Positions 49,159 through 60,270 are shown, counted from the first letter of the whole stretch. The stretch: 63,269 nucleotides of DNA, filler included, from Candidatus Sysuiplasma jiujiangense (GCA_019721075.1; 3 parts of 3 records of this genome joined end to end with filler, not necessarily neighbours in it); one strand, 5' to 3'. A program made the numbers and translations. Notes: generated from the letters alone by a model not told the origin.

Positions 49159-49800
49159 TCAGATTTTCTTTCTGATTGCGCAGAAACCGCCGGCCTCATC
49201 GCTGAGATTGAGGACCTGCGCACCGGCTCTGCGCGCAAAATCGGAGGGCGCTCCGGTCCAGGTGCAGTTGTCAACGAAAATTATTCCCCTGCGCATGTGC
49301 TTCCACACCTCCGACAGTTCAAGCATGACATGCCTGTAAGTGTGCCTGCTGTCGTGCAGGAAAAATTGTATGTCCCCGAGTTCCTCGAGCAGCGGCCTGA
49401 TCAGTTTTCCGGCGTCACCCGTATGGAGTGTCCATCTTTTCCTCAGCAGCGGAGGAACAAGAAAACCCACTTCATGCACCTCCTCCTCGTCACCGTATTT
49501 CACGCCGAGATCAATGGAGTGCAGCATCCCCTTCCCCGTTCTTTCCAGTGCAGACAGCGTGAAGGTCGTGGATACGCCGGGTCCTACACCCGTTTCCACG
49601 CAGAGATCCGGTTCCGTATACCTGGCGGCGGCGTACAGTGCGATGCCTTTCTCCGGTTTAAGTGACCACAGGTTTTTTCCCGATATGCTGTCCGCGACAG
49701 AATCGGCTTCCCTCCCTTCGCGAATAAGCGTGTCCGCCGTCTCCCTGCCGGCTCCGAGTGATTCCAGCAGCTTCCGTGCGGCCTTTTCCTGCTGTTTCAT
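49159..49800 (-). CDS. Class I SAM-dependent methyltransferase
   Basis: VETGVGPGVST, FLHDSRH. Confidence 0.85.
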   Translation of the reverse strand: MKQQEKAARKLLESLGAGRETADTLIREGREADSVADSISGKNLWSLKPEKGIALYAAARYTEPDLCVETGVGPGVSTTFTLSALERTGKGMLHSIDLGVKYGDEEEVHEVGFLVPPLLRKRWTLHTGDAGKLIRPLLEELGDIQFFLHDSRHTYRHVMLELSEVWKHMRRGIIFVDNCTWTGAPSDFARRAGAQVLNLSDEAGGFCAIRKKI

Positions 49801-49989
49801 GGTGTTCGCGCAGCAGGTCAATTGCATGCATTGTTGATAAACCATTGCGGACAGCCTCTCGGAAGAACTGTCTTTTTAACCTCCCTGCTTATGAGCATTC
49901 CGTACGGCGGGTGAATCATTCTGGCTGCAGCCCTTGAAGAGAAACTGAACGGCATCGTCGAAAAGTTCGGCCGGGACACTTCCATATAC

Positions 49990-50694
49990 ATGGAGAGCGC
50001 TGACGGCAGTTTCGTCTTCGAACACAATACGTCGTCCGAATTTCCCGCAGCAAGCATAATCAAGCTTTTCATTCTCGATTATGCGCTGGAGAAGGACGGC
50101 AGGCTCGACGACACTGCGGCCGTGGATGACATCAGGCCCGGCGACGACAGCATGCTGAAATTCTTTGCCGGGTCGGAGCTCACAATCCGTTCACTGCTGT
50201 CCATGATGATAGATGTCAGCGACAACACGGCAACAAACTTCCTGATAGACAGGTACGGTATGCCCTCCATAAACGCACACATATCGGCCCGCGGCATGCC
50301 GCATACGCATCTGCGGCGCCGGATGCTCGACTTTGAATCGAGGAAGAGGGGCATGGACAATGTGACATCGCTTCAGGATGTTTTCAGGCTGATAAAATTG
50401 CATACCCGCCGTGAGTCGGGAGGCGCAGCAGGCAGCCAGGGCACGGTGTTTGAGGAATTAATGCGGTCCCAGCATGACAGGAGCAGGCTGTCACTCCTCC
50501 TCCCCGAGGGCATTACGGGAACGAAGAGCGGCAGCCTGGACGATGTTTACAGCGATGTCGGTTTCTATGCAGTCGGCGGCAGATACTCCTACGCCGGTTT
50601 TCTGACCAGGGGAAGGGCGGTTGAAGACGCAAGGCTCTTCATACCCGAGCTGTCGCTCCTTTTCTTCAACAGGCTTGCCGTTCTTCCGGGATGA
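49990..50694 (+). CDS. Class A beta-lactamase-like serine hydrolase (start may be CTG at 49921)
   Basis: SIIK, SDN and KSG motifs. Confidence 0.85.
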   Translation: MESADGSFVFEHNTSSEFPAASIIKLFILDYALEKDGRLDDTAAVDDIRPGDDSMLKFFAGSELTIRSLLSMMIDVSDNTATNFLIDRYGMPSINAHISARGMPHTHLRRRMLDFESRKRGMDNVTSLQDVFRLIKLHTRRESGGAAGSQGTVFEELMRSQHDRSRLSLLLPEGITGTKSGSLDDVYSDVGFYAVGGRYSYAGFLTRGRAVEDARLFIPELSLLFFNRLAVLPG

Positions 50695-50731
50695 GACCGA
50701 TGCGCCCCTTCCTGCCATGTCCGGCGGCGCA

Positions 50732-52552
50732 TCAGATGATGTCGTACCTCTTCCTGTACGACTGCGGATCCTTCACATTCTCGTAGCTTATGCCGTCCTT
50801 CCATTTTGCGTATGCCCATTTCTCGAAGTTATTTTTCTGTTTCATGCCTGCATTTTTCGACTGAACGAATCTCAGCGTTCCCGGCCTCTCTCCCAGTTTC
50901 ACGCGTATCTCCTTCAGCACGCCGAATCTTGAGACTGTCACGGCGACAGTCTCGCCGGGCTGATGCTCCCTGATCCTGCCCGCTATGTCGGCAGGTTTCA
51001 CCCTCATTCCGTCGACAGCAATCAGCTCGTCTCCGGGAAGTAAGGCAGCGCCGGCTGCGCCGGTCCCCTCAAGGACGTTCGCCACTGTTTCCGGTGCGCT
51101 CTCCGACATCCTGATGCCCAGGTATCCCTCCTTCCTTTCCTTCTCCCACTTCATTTCGATGCCTGCCAGCGAAAGATATCTGCCGAAGGGCAGATCTCCC
51201 CTGGAGGAGATCATTTCTCTGTAGATGGTTTCGCATTCTTTCCCTGAGACCGACTGAAGAGCGTCGATGAAGTCATCCTCCGTGAAGCCCCTCCCTTTTT
51301 TGTATGTTCGCTGGTAGAGCAGACGCATCACATCGTCAAGCCTCTTGCTGCCGCCTGTGGCATCTATTATGAAAATATCCAGGAGCATGCCTATCAGCTG
51401 GCCCTTTGTATAGTAGGATATCACGCTGTTTACCGTGTTTTCTTCCGGTTTGTAGAACTTGATCCATGTGTCGAAACTCGACTCCTCTGCGCTCTGGTAG
51501 TATCTCCCGGGCGTGCCGAGAAACGTTTCGGCCGCCCTCGCATGACCCCTCATCAGCTCGCCTGTCGAAACTATGCGTGCCTTTCTCAGTGCGGCATGGG
51601 TGTAGTAGGAAGTGAACCCCTCGGAGAACCAGAGCAGTTTCGTGTACACCTCCTTCGAATAATCAAATGGACCAAGCGGCATGGGGCGGAGCCTCTTCAC
51701 GTTCCAGAGATGGAAGAATTCGTGCGATATGGTGCTGAGTTTGCCCAGATACTCTTCTCTCAGCCCGAAGTGGAACGGATCTGCAAGACAGTGGGTGGAA
51801 TTAAGATGTTCCAGCCCGCCTCCGGCTCCCGGTACCAGGTCGTATATGAAGACGTACCTGTCGTATGGAACGTCCTTCATTATGGCTATTTCCGCGCGCA
51901 CTATTTTCTCCACATCGGCGGCAAATACCGGCCTGTCTATCGTGCTTGAGCCGTAGATGGCAATCTCATGATCCCTGCCCATGTACGTGAAATGCACCGA
52001 TTCATGATTTCCCGCCTCTATGGGCGAATCGAGCAGTATGTCGTAGTTGTCCGCCCTGAACTTCCACTTTTCGTCCGTCAGCCTAAGACCGGTGGATACG
52101 CTGTTCCAGCCCTCATGCGGAATTATTTCCACCTCGGCCGGCAGCTTCTCAAACCCCGCTGCAGAAAGAAAGACGCTGGGGCCGTTAATTGTCAGGTGCG
52201 AATCGTCAAAGAAACTGTGGTGGACGGATACAGTGTGCGCATGCACCCTGTACCTGACGGTAACCATGCCTCCGTCTGCCCTGAATTTCCAGTTCCTCTT
52301 GTCTGTTTTCTCCAGCCGCAGTTTCCTTCCCGAAGCACTGAATGCCTCTATCTCGACTATGTGTTTTGCATAGTCTTCGACGTGATAGGCGCCGGGGCTC
52401 CACACGGGCATGCTCAATTCCACTTCACCTTTTCCAGGTGTCAGCAGCATCTCGACCTTCAGGCAGTTCAGCCTGTGGTCACGCGCATCAACCTTGTAAT
52501 GTATTTCTGCTGTCATATTTCCGGCGTGGAGATACTTTTCATGCATATACAC
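50732..52552 (-). CDS. M61 family metallopeptidase with PDZ domain
   Basis: WSPGAY, GGLEH, HEFFH, WFSEG, C-terminal PDZ. Confidence 0.92.
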   Translation of the reverse strand: MYMHEKYLHAGNMTAEIHYKVDARDHRLNCLKVEMLLTPGKGEVELSMPVWSPGAYHVEDYAKHIVEIEAFSASGRKLRLEKTDKRNWKFRADGGMVTVRYRVHAHTVSVHHSFFDDSHLTINGPSVFLSAAGFEKLPAEVEIIPHEGWNSVSTGLRLTDEKWKFRADNYDILLDSPIEAGNHESVHFTYMGRDHEIAIYGSSTIDRPVFAADVEKIVRAEIAIMKDVPYDRYVFIYDLVPGAGGGLEHLNSTHCLADPFHFGLREEYLGKLSTISHEFFHLWNVKRLRPMPLGPFDYSKEVYTKLLWFSEGFTSYYTHAALRKARIVSTGELMRGHARAAETFLGTPGRYYQSAEESSFDTWIKFYKPEENTVNSVISYYTKGQLIGMLLDIFIIDATGGSKRLDDVMRLLYQRTYKKGRGFTEDDFIDALQSVSGKECETIYREMISSRGDLPFGRYLSLAGIEMKWEKERKEGYLGIRMSESAPETVANVLEGTGAAGAALLPGDELIAVDGMRVKPADIAGRIREHQPGETVAVTVSRFGVLKEIRVKLGERPGTLRFVQSKNAGMKQKNNFEKWAYAKWKDGISYENVKDPQSYRKRYDII

Positions 52553-52657
52553 CTATTGAGCAGCGCTGAAAGACAGAGCGCTGCCGCTGCAGTGTTGGCA
52601 CGGGAAGTGCCTCCGGCACAGGCATGCGTCCTGAAATGCTGCGGCCCGCGAATGCCG

Positions 52658-53317
52658 TCAATCGCCCGATGTTCGCTGTTTCCCGCGCACGGCTCTGCCT
52701 CTGCCGGCAGCCGCCTTCTTCATTGTGCGCGAAGCTATTGCGGTGCTCAGCTCGCCTAGCGTCCTGTCCAGCATGGCCCTCGCCGTGTCCTGCTTCTTCC
52801 TTATCTGTGTCAGCCTGGAGGGATAGTGCAGCCTGGATATTGCCAGATACAGTATTTCCATGTCGCCCACGAGTTTTTCCGCCATGTCTATCCTTCCGTC
52901 AATCATACTGTTCAGCGCAGCACGTCTCAGTTCTCCTATGAGGTCGGAGAGGCCGAGGATGTAGACGGAAGCGTCCACTTTCATCTGCAAATGCGTCGGT
53001 ATCTCCCTTCCGGTCATAACGCATCTGAAGAGAGACGCCTCGACGTATTCCTGCAGTGCCTCCTCAACAAATCCGCTGTAATAGATCTCCCAGTTGTCGG
53101 CAAGAAGCGTTTCGAGCTCCATGACGCTTGATTTCAGTTGCCTGAAGCCTTCAACAACATCCCTGCCTTGCCGGTCTGTGTGCAGTTTGAATATCAGTTC
53201 AGAGGATGTCCTCACTATTTCCCTTGATTTTCTGATTGCAATCTCCCTCAGTTCGTCCCTCTCGTCAAGCTCCCTCTCAACTTCCGCCATCACCGCTTCA
53301 AAATTCACAAGCGCCAT
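52658..53317 (-). CDS. Translin/Trax-like protein
   Basis: SREIVR, QEYVEA, GLSDLIGELRR, RKKQD. Confidence 0.85.
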   Translation of the reverse strand: MALVNFEAVMAEVERELDERDELREIAIRKSREIVRTSSELIFKLHTDRQGRDVVEGFRQLKSSVMELETLLADNWEIYYSGFVEEALQEYVEASLFRCVMTGREIPTHLQMKVDASVYILGLSDLIGELRRAALNSMIDGRIDMAEKLVGDMEILYLAISRLHYPSRLTQIRKKQDTARAMLDRTLGELSTAIASRTMKKAAAGRGRAVRGKQRTSGD

Positions 53318-53332
53318 GCGAGCAGCCTCTCA

Positions 53333-54649
53333 TCAGATTCTTCCATGCAGTTTCTCTCCGATCATTCTCTTCCTTTCCATTTCCTCTTTCGTTCCTATAT
53401 CCCTTCTGCTGTAAACCGGCCCGGATACAAACCTGGATGCGTTTTCAATCTTGCCTGCCGCCTCCCAGGGTTCGTCCCCTTTTGCAAGCAGGGCGAAGGA
53501 GCGGGAAGCGGTTGTGAGCAGTCTCCCGCCTTCCGCATTTACAGATCCGAAATACAGCATGACGCCGCTACTGCGAACGCCTTCCTCTTCTATCCTTATC
53601 TCTGAACCGGAAACGGGCTTTTCCCCGTAACCGCTGGGAACGAAATACCTGCACACTGTGCTGACATTCTCAAAATTGAGCATGTTCTTCACGCTGCCTT
53701 CCGCCGCGGAGGCCAGCGTCTCCGTCAGGTTTCCTTCTGTCACGGAGAGGACATTCATCGCCTCGGGATCAGCAAATCTTGCATTGAACTCCAGCAGTCT
53801 GACACCTTCCGCAGTTACCATGAAGTTGCCGTAAATCAGTCCCCTGAACATCCTGTCCTCGGATGACAGCGCTGAAAGAACGCGCTGTGTTATGTACATT
53901 GCATTCTCCCTGTCGGCTTCGCTCACGAACGGCAGTAGCATGTTCCCTGCCGTATAGGATCCCATGCCGCCTGTGTTCGGTCCTCTGTCCCCCTCGAAAG
54001 CCCTCTTGTGATCCTGGGCAAGCGGGAATGCAACCATTTTCCTGCCGTCCGTTACCGCCTGCAGGCTGAACTCCTCCCCGATGAGTCTTTCTTCGATGAC
54101 AACCGACGCGCCCTTCCCGCCGAGCAGCTCCTTCACGTATATCTTTGCATCAGCGTTGTCGCCGAGCTGTTCACCGACTATCCTGACGCCCTTTCCGCCT
54201 GTCAGACCGCTTGGTTTTACCACGACATCATAGGAGCAGTTGTCGATAAATCCGGCTGCGTCCGTGTAGTTTTCGAATACGGCATATCCCGGATTTCCGG
54301 GTATGCCGTACTTTTCCATCAGCCTTCTTGCAAATGCCTTTGAGGTCTCTATCTCCGCGGCGCCAAGCGTGGGACCGAAACATTTTATACCGCGCTTCTG
54401 CAGTGCATCCGGGAGTCCTGCGGCCAGAGGCCCCTCTGGTCCGATTACTGCAAAATCGGCACCATTCTCCACAGCAAAATCGACCGTTCCCGCAACTTCG
54501 TTCTCCTCCCTGAGGGCCAGTGCGGATGAGATGCGTGCTATGCCGGGATTTTTGTTCCTCATTACGGAAACAATGCTGTTTCCCTCAGACCGCAATCTTT
54601 CGGAAATGATGTGCTCCCTGCATCCTCCGCCGACTACCAGTATCCGCAT
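53333..54649 (-). CDS. purD: Phosphoribosylamine--glycine ligase
   Basis: GGGCREH, IGPEGPL, GGKGV, QDHKR, NTGGMG. Confidence 0.97.
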   Translation of the reverse strand: MRILVVGGGCREHIISERLRSEGNSIVSVMRNKNPGIARISSALALREENEVAGTVDFAVENGADFAVIGPEGPLAAGLPDALQKRGIKCFGPTLGAAEIETSKAFARRLMEKYGIPGNPGYAVFENYTDAAGFIDNCSYDVVVKPSGLTGGKGVRIVGEQLGDNADAKIYVKELLGGKGASVVIEERLIGEEFSLQAVTDGRKMVAFPLAQDHKRAFEGDRGPNTGGMGSYTAGNMLLPFVSEADRENAMYITQRVLSALSSEDRMFRGLIYGNFMVTAEGVRLLEFNARFADPEAMNVLSVTEGNLTETLASAAEGSVKNMLNFENVSTVCRYFVPSGYGEKPVSGSEIRIEEEGVRSSGVMLYFGSVNAEGGRLLTTASRSFALLAKGDEPWEAAGKIENASRFVSGPVYSRRDIGTKEEMERKRMIGEKLHGRI

Positions 54650-54791
54650 ATCGTTTACACCAAACAGCGGATCAATAATAATACTTTACAGATCGCGCAT
54701 TTCAGGCATTTTGCGCCGGCATACCTGGATACCCGCTGCATGCTGCGTAACAGCGCAAGGTTTATCAACCGCCTCCGCAACCGTGAAAACG

Positions 54792-55655
54792 ATGGACAGG
54801 AAGAGACTTGCAGCAGTGGCAGCCACTCTTTCTGCCGCAGCCTTATGGGGCACATCCTTCCCGGTCATCAAGGTAGGTCTCGAAACTGTCAACCCCTACA
54901 GCTTCCTTGCATGGCGTTTCATTGTTGCCGCACTGCTCATGATGCTCATCCACTATCTCAGGAAAGGAAAATTCGGCCGTCTTGTAACAAGGCGGACGCT
55001 TCTCGTCGGCTTCATACTGTCCCTCTCCTTCCTTTTCCAGTATGTCGGCCAGGTGACAACCACGGCCGCAGAAGCTGCAGTACTTCTGAACACCGGACCG
55101 ATCATCGTTCCGGTGCTTGCCTATTTTCTCATCAGCGAGAAACTCAGCTCCAGGCGCTGGCCGGCGGTCGGCATCGGCGTATTCGGCATAGTGTTCACCT
55201 CCGGCGTCATTGGGAGCGGCGGCGTCTCATCCTCACTCTACGGTGCGCTCGCACTGCTTCTCGGGGCGCTGTTCACATCGGTCTATATCGTCGTCACTAA
55301 AAGCCAGTCGGGCGAAGCCGAGCCTGTTGAACTGTTCACCGGTTCATTCATATGCGCCGCGATCTTTGTATCCGTCTATTCGGCGGTGACCGGGAATCTC
55401 TCCGCATCGCTCTGGTATAATGCCGGCCCGGCCTCTTCCGTCCTGTATCTTTCCGTTATGTGCACGATTGTTCCCTTCCTGCTCTGGTTCCGCGGCCTCA
55501 GGGGGCTGACAGCCACAGCATCGACAGTCATAACGCTTTTCGAGCCGGTGGTCAGCATACTGATATCTGTATTCATTCTGGACGAGCAGTTCACCCTTTT
55601 CGAATTCGGAGGCACCGTCCTGATATTTGCCGCAATACTGTGGATGAGCATCTGA
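54792..55655 (+). CDS. EamA/DMT transporter
   Basis: LWGTSF; two EamA repeats, about 10 TM segments. Confidence 0.9.
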   Translation: MDRKRLAAVAATLSAAALWGTSFPVIKVGLETVNPYSFLAWRFIVAALLMMLIHYLRKGKFGRLVTRRTLLVGFILSLSFLFQYVGQVTTTAAEAAVLLNTGPIIVPVLAYFLISEKLSSRRWPAVGIGVFGIVFTSGVIGSGGVSSSLYGALALLLGALFTSVYIVVTKSQSGEAEPVELFTGSFICAAIFVSVYSAVTGNLSASLWYNAGPASSVLYLSVMCTIVPFLLWFRGLRGLTATASTVITLFEPVVSILISVFILDEQFTLFEFGGTVLIFAAILWMSI

Positions 55656-55659
55656 CGGC

Positions 55660-56394
55660 CTACCAGGCAAACCGCGTTTTGAGTGCCCACTTCCTCAATG
55701 CCCTTCTTCTGTCCATGAAATCGGGTATGTGGTTTGCCACCGAATGCCAGAATTTTTCATCATGCCTCCTGTGCCTCAGGTGGCACAGTTCATGCACGAC
55801 AACATACTCCATTACCTCCTCCGGGAACAGGGACAGCCTTGAATTGAATCTTATTGTCCCGCCGGGAGAACAGCTCCCCCATTTGCTCCTGAAGTTTTTA
55901 ATCTCGTATTTTGCCGCACGCAGTCCCGTCGCTATCTCCCATTCCGGTATTTTGCGCTTCAGGAAATCTAGCGTCCTTTCGGCGTAGAACATGCTGATGA
56001 TGCGGACTCTTTCCTGCTCCCCATCCCCGCAGAAGAGTTTCAGTTTTCCTGAGTTCTCCAGCAGTGTGTAGTATCCTCCCCCCGGCTGTTCGCAAACCTC
56101 GACATCCAGCACCCTTCCGCCGTAAACCGCCTTCGAGCCGCTGCTTCCGTCGATTGTAATCCTCTCCATTGCCGCCATTTCCGCCACGCTGTCGTCAATC
56201 CATTTCCTGTTCTGGAGAATGAAATTGTGTATTTCCTTCCTTGAGGCGCCCTCGGGGACACGGACAATGATGTTGCATGATGCGTCCACAGAAATGCTCA
56301 GCCTTCTGATCCTCCTGCTCCTGCGTTCTGTGTAATGCAGACCGCCGGATCCGTATTCCTTCTCTTCCACCTGTTCTCTACCGCGCCCTTCCAT
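55660..56394 (-). CDS. YgjP/DUF45 metalloprotease-like hydrolase
   Basis: KWGSCS, YVVVHELCH. Confidence 0.88.
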   Translation of the reverse strand: MEGRGREQVEEKEYGSGGLHYTERRSRRIRRLSISVDASCNIIVRVPEGASRKEIHNFILQNRKWIDDSVAEMAAMERITIDGSSGSKAVYGGRVLDVEVCEQPGGGYYTLLENSGKLKLFCGDGEQERVRIISMFYAERTLDFLKRKIPEWEIATGLRAAKYEIKNFRSKWGSCSPGGTIRFNSRLSLFPEEVMEYVVVHELCHLRHRRHDEKFWHSVANHIPDFMDRRRALRKWALKTRFAW

Positions 56395-56480
56395 GCTATT
56401 CGTTTCTAAATCAATTTCGATTCTGCGGCTCCGTGTGCCTTCGGATATGGGTAAATGTTTTAAGACTGCAGGCATTGAAT

Positions 56481-57809
56481 ATGGTGATGAAAAAGGCTGC
56501 CGATGGGGACGCGGTCGCGGAAAAACTCAGTGCCGCAGGCATAGAATCGGGCGACCTGATAAGGGTAAGAGACAGAGAGAAGGTTTTTGCCGGCATACTC
56601 ATGCCCCGTGACGAATTCAGCTCCGGCGATGTACTCGTTCTCAAGCTCAGGTCCGGATACAATATCGGTGTGAAATACGGCAGGCACACCGAAGTGGAAC
56701 TCGTCGAAAAGCAGCCGAAACCGGCGCACCGCCGCTCGGGCGCGGCCAGACACGCCGGTGACGGGAAGAGCGACAGGAGGGTGGCTTTTGTGGGAACCGG
56801 CGGCACGATAGCAAGTTTCGTCGATTACAGGACGGGTGGCGTGTTTCCGGCATATGACGCCGAAGGAATCGTTTCACTTGTACCGGAGATTTCGTCTGTC
56901 TGCAGACTCGAGGGCGAAACGCTTTTCTCGGAAATGAGCGAGAATTTCGGTTACAGCGAATGGAAAGCGCTTGCAGAGGAAGCTGCATCCAGGCTGAACG
57001 CGGGCTACAGGGGTGTGCTGATTGCACATGGCACAGACACGATGTCCTATACAGCTGCGGCGCTTTCATTCATGCTGAAGAACATGACGGGTCCGGTCGT
57101 TCTTGTCGGCGCGCAGAGATCCCCGGACAGACCGTCTTTTGACGGCTATCTGAATCTCCTCTGTTCCGCAAGAGTCGCGGCAGAAAGCGACGTGGGCGAG
57201 GTGGTCGTCGTAATGCATTCCTCATCGTCGGATACGGAATGCGCTGTTCACCGCGGAACAAAGGTCAGGAAAATGCATTCAAGCAGGAGAGATGCGTTCA
57301 GGAGCATCAACTGCGAGCCGATAGCACTCGTGGACGGAGGCATAAGGTATCTGTCCGAATACAGGCATGCATCCGGTGGAAAGGTGGAGGCGGACACGAA
57401 GATGTCTGACGGCGTATCGCTGGTGCAGTTTTATCCGGACCTTGACGGCGACGAATTCATGCGCATTACAGAAGGAAAGAAGGGAGTGGTTATTGCAGGA
57501 ACAGGCCTTGGCCATGTTAGCTCTGAGCTCGTCGGCTGCATCAGGAAGAGGGTTTCAGAGGGAATGCCTGTTGTCGCGACCACCCAGTGCCTGTACGGAA
57601 CAGTGGATCTGAAGGTGTATTCGACGGGAAGGGACATGCTGAAGGCAGGCGTGATAAACGGCTCAGACATGCTTCCGGAGGTTGCCTATGTGAAGCTGAG
57701 GTGGGTGCTTGGACATCACAGCAGGCTGGAGGATGTCAGGAAACTGATGGAGAGCAGCATTTCGGGGGAGATAACCTGCAGGCGGGAAGGTGCTGAGAAA
57801 CTTGTCTGA
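56481..57809 (+). CDS. gatD: Glu-tRNA(Gln) amidotransferase subunit D
   Basis: KLRSGYNIG, TGGTIAS, HGTDT, KMHSSRRDAF. Confidence 0.96.
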   Translation: MVMKKAADGDAVAEKLSAAGIESGDLIRVRDREKVFAGILMPRDEFSSGDVLVLKLRSGYNIGVKYGRHTEVELVEKQPKPAHRRSGAARHAGDGKSDRRVAFVGTGGTIASFVDYRTGGVFPAYDAEGIVSLVPEISSVCRLEGETLFSEMSENFGYSEWKALAEEAASRLNAGYRGVLIAHGTDTMSYTAAALSFMLKNMTGPVVLVGAQRSPDRPSFDGYLNLLCSARVAAESDVGEVVVVMHSSSSDTECAVHRGTKVRKMHSSRRDAFRSINCEPIALVDGGIRYLSEYRHASGGKVEADTKMSDGVSLVQFYPDLDGDEFMRITEGKKGVVIAGTGLGHVSSELVGCIRKRVSEGMPVVATTQCLYGTVDLKVYSTGRDMLKAGVINGSDMLPEVAYVKLRWVLGHHSRLEDVRKLMESSISGEITCRREGAEKLV

Positions 57810-59652
57810 AACTGTCAGGATAAAGGCCGGTCTCGAGATACACCAGCAGCTCGATACAAAGAAACTGTTCTGCAGCTGCGGTTCAGCGCTGAACGATGCC
57901 GTAAAGGGGAAGGTCGTACGGAAGCTGCGCGCATCAAGGTCGGAAATGGGTGAAACAGATGCTGCCGCACTGTGGCAGTCCTCGCTGGACCTTCTCTACG
58001 AATATGAGATAAGCGAAAACAGCTGCCTCGTGGAGCTTGACGAGGAGCCGCCGCATGAGGCCAACATGGATGCCCTGTCCATCGGTCTGAAGGTTGCACT
58101 GCTTCTGCACTCTGAACCGGTTGATGAAATACATTTCATGAGGAAGATCGTTGTGGACGGTTCAAACACTTCCGGATTCCAGCGTACCGCGCTGATCTCC
58201 ACCGGCGGCTACGTCGAAGTCGGCGGCAGGCGGATAGGCATTCAGTCTGTCTGCTGCGAAGAGGATGCCTGCAGGAAGATTGAGCGGAAGGACAGAAGCG
58301 TGGTCTACAGGCTTGACAGGCTCGGTGTTCCGCTGCTGGAGATCGCAACCGAACCGGACATAGATTCGCCTGAACTGCTGAAGGAGACTGCAAGAAAGAT
58401 CGGAATGCTGCTGAGGGCCGCAGGCAACGTAAGGAGAGGCATAGGCACCATCAGGGAGGACATCAACATATCGGTGGAGGGAGGCTCAAGGGTCGAGATA
58501 AAAGGTGTCCAGGAGCTGGAAATGCTTCCCAGGATAGCGGCCGGTGAGGCTCTCAGGCAGAGGCGCCTTATCGATGCGCGTGCCCTCCTCAGGGAAAGGA
58601 AGGCGCGTGCGGGCGGGCGCTGGACAGACGTGACACCGCTTCTGTCCGGATCGGAATCCGCCCTGATTGCCTCGGCACTGAAGAAGGCGGAGCGGATAGG
58701 GGCGATGGCGCTGATTGGCTTCCGCGGAACGCTCCAGAAGGACGGAAACAGTGTAATCGGAAGGGAAATAGCCCAGTACCTGAGGCCGCTTGGTGTGAAG
58801 GGAATACTGCACTCGGACGAGCTTCCTGCCTACGGCATAAGCGAAGAGGAGAAGGAGCGTGTATCGCGTCATCTCAAACTGGGCGAAAATGACGCCTTCG
58901 TGCTTTGTGCGGCGGAGGCCGGGATGATGGACACCATTTTCAGGACCGTTGCCTCCAGGGCAGCAATGTCGCTGTCCGGCGTTCCGGAGGAAACACGCGA
59001 CGCGAAGGAGGACGGGACAACAGCATACAGCAGGCCTCTGCCCGGCAGCGCGAGGATGTACCCCGAAACGGACGTCCTTCCGGTTTCAGTCGGGCATGAA
59101 TGGACGGAGAGACTGAAAGCCGACCTCCCCGAGCCATTCGATGTTCAGGCACGGAAACTGTCGGATGATTTCGGTATACACATCCAGCAGGCAACACAGC
59201 TTGCCGAGGAGGGCTGGACAGCACTGTTCACGGGTATGTGCTCAAACTACGGGAATGCCTCCGTCCTCGCCAGGATACTTCTCAACTATCTTCCGGAGGC
59301 GGAGAAACTGTACGGCCGGAGCGCGGACAGTCCCGTCTTTCTGGAAACAGTGATGAAGGCACTGGCCGAAGGCAGATTTGCGAAGGAGGCGGTAGAGCAG
59401 ATAATAAAGTGCGTCGTGTCCGGAAAGGACATACAGGAATGCCTGGAGGCGGCGGCGTCCGCTGTGAGCCGTTCGGACGCCGAACGCATAATCAGGAGGA
59501 TCGTTGCGGAGCACCATGAGCTAATCAGCGAACGCGGGGAAGCTGCGCTGAGCCCGCTGATGGGTCTCGCAATGAAGGAGCTTCGCGGCAAACTGGACGG
59601 AAAGGAGATAAGTTCCCTGCTCTCAAGCATCATCAGGGAGAGCGCCCGGTAG
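57790..59652 (+). CDS. gatE: Glu-tRNA(Gln) amidotransferase subunit E
   Basis: GLEIHQQL, DGSNTSGFQRT, RMYPETD. Confidence 0.96.
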   Translation: MLRNLSETVRIKAGLEIHQQLDTKKLFCSCGSALNDAVKGKVVRKLRASRSEMGETDAAALWQSSLDLLYEYEISENSCLVELDEEPPHEANMDALSIGLKVALLLHSEPVDEIHFMRKIVVDGSNTSGFQRTALISTGGYVEVGGRRIGIQSVCCEEDACRKIERKDRSVVYRLDRLGVPLLEIATEPDIDSPELLKETARKIGMLLRAAGNVRRGIGTIREDINISVEGGSRVEIKGVQELEMLPRIAAGEALRQRRLIDARALLRERKARAGGRWTDVTPLLSGSESALIASALKKAERIGAMALIGFRGTLQKDGNSVIGREIAQYLRPLGVKGILHSDELPAYGISEEEKERVSRHLKLGENDAFVLCAAEAGMMDTIFRTVASRAAMSLSGVPEETRDAKEDGTTAYSRPLPGSARMYPETDVLPVSVGHEWTERLKADLPEPFDVQARKLSDDFGIHIQQATQLAEEGWTALFTGMCSNYGNASVLARILLNYLPEAEKLYGRSADSPVFLETVMKALAEGRFAKEAVEQIIKCVVSGKDIQECLEAAASAVSRSDAERIIRRIVAEHHELISERGEAALSPLMGLAMKELRGKLDGKEISSLLSSIIRESAR

Positions 59653-60270
59653 CAGTTTTTCCCGGCCGCGCCTCAGCCTCGCTTCTACAAGATGGAGCGT
59701 TTCGAAATTGAGCTTCACCGAATCGGCCGTCGCTATTTTCCAGTCTCTTCCTGCAAGGCGGGCAAATTCCCCGATACTGCTCATGGAACTGAGAACAATC
59801 AGCACCCTGCCTTTCTCTGAAAGCAGATCACGCGCCTGGTAAAGGAGTCTCAGCGCCAGCTCGAATCCCCTTTCTCCTCCCGTGAGCTGCCTGTCCGGCA
59901 GTCCTTCCTCCGGAAGATAGGGCGGGTTGAACGCGATTATATCAAACGGTCCCCTGAGCGCTCCCGCAAGGTCGCATCTCACAAAGCCTACGGCTGCGCC
60001 GTTGGCTTCCGCATTTTCGGCCGCAGCCCGCAGACAGTCCATATCGATATCGGTGGAAACGACTGCATAGCCCTTCAGTGCGGCGCCGATTCCAACTATG
60101 CCTGTCCCTGTCCCGACATCCAGGAAATTTCCGTTGCCGTCTCCTATCGATTTGAGGATCAGGACAGTGTCCTCCGCAGGAAAATAGGCCCCCTCCCAGC
60201 GGACTATCCGGATGCCTTCAATTACTGCCGGCACCTGTCTTCCCTTTCGATCTGTCGGACAGGAAATCAT
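59623..60270 (-). CDS. HemK/PrmC-like methyltransferase
   Basis: YFPAEDT, DVGTGTG, NPPY. Confidence 0.88.
   Translation of the reverse strand: MISCPTDRKGRQVPAVIEGIRIVRWEGAYFPAEDTVLILKSIGDGNGNFLDVGTGTGIVGIGAALKGYAVVSTDIDMDCLRAAAENAEANGAAVGFVRCDLAGALRGPFDIIAFNPPYLPEEGLPDRQLTGGERGFELALRLLYQARDLLSEKGRVLIVLSSMSSIGEFARLAGRDWKIATADSVKLNFETLHLVEARLRRGREKLLPGALPDDA

Noticed and set aside
49990..50694. Beta-lactamase-like gene as a resistance determinant
   Set aside because: SxxK/SDN/KSG serine hydrolases are widespread, and activity cannot be inferred from these motifs.
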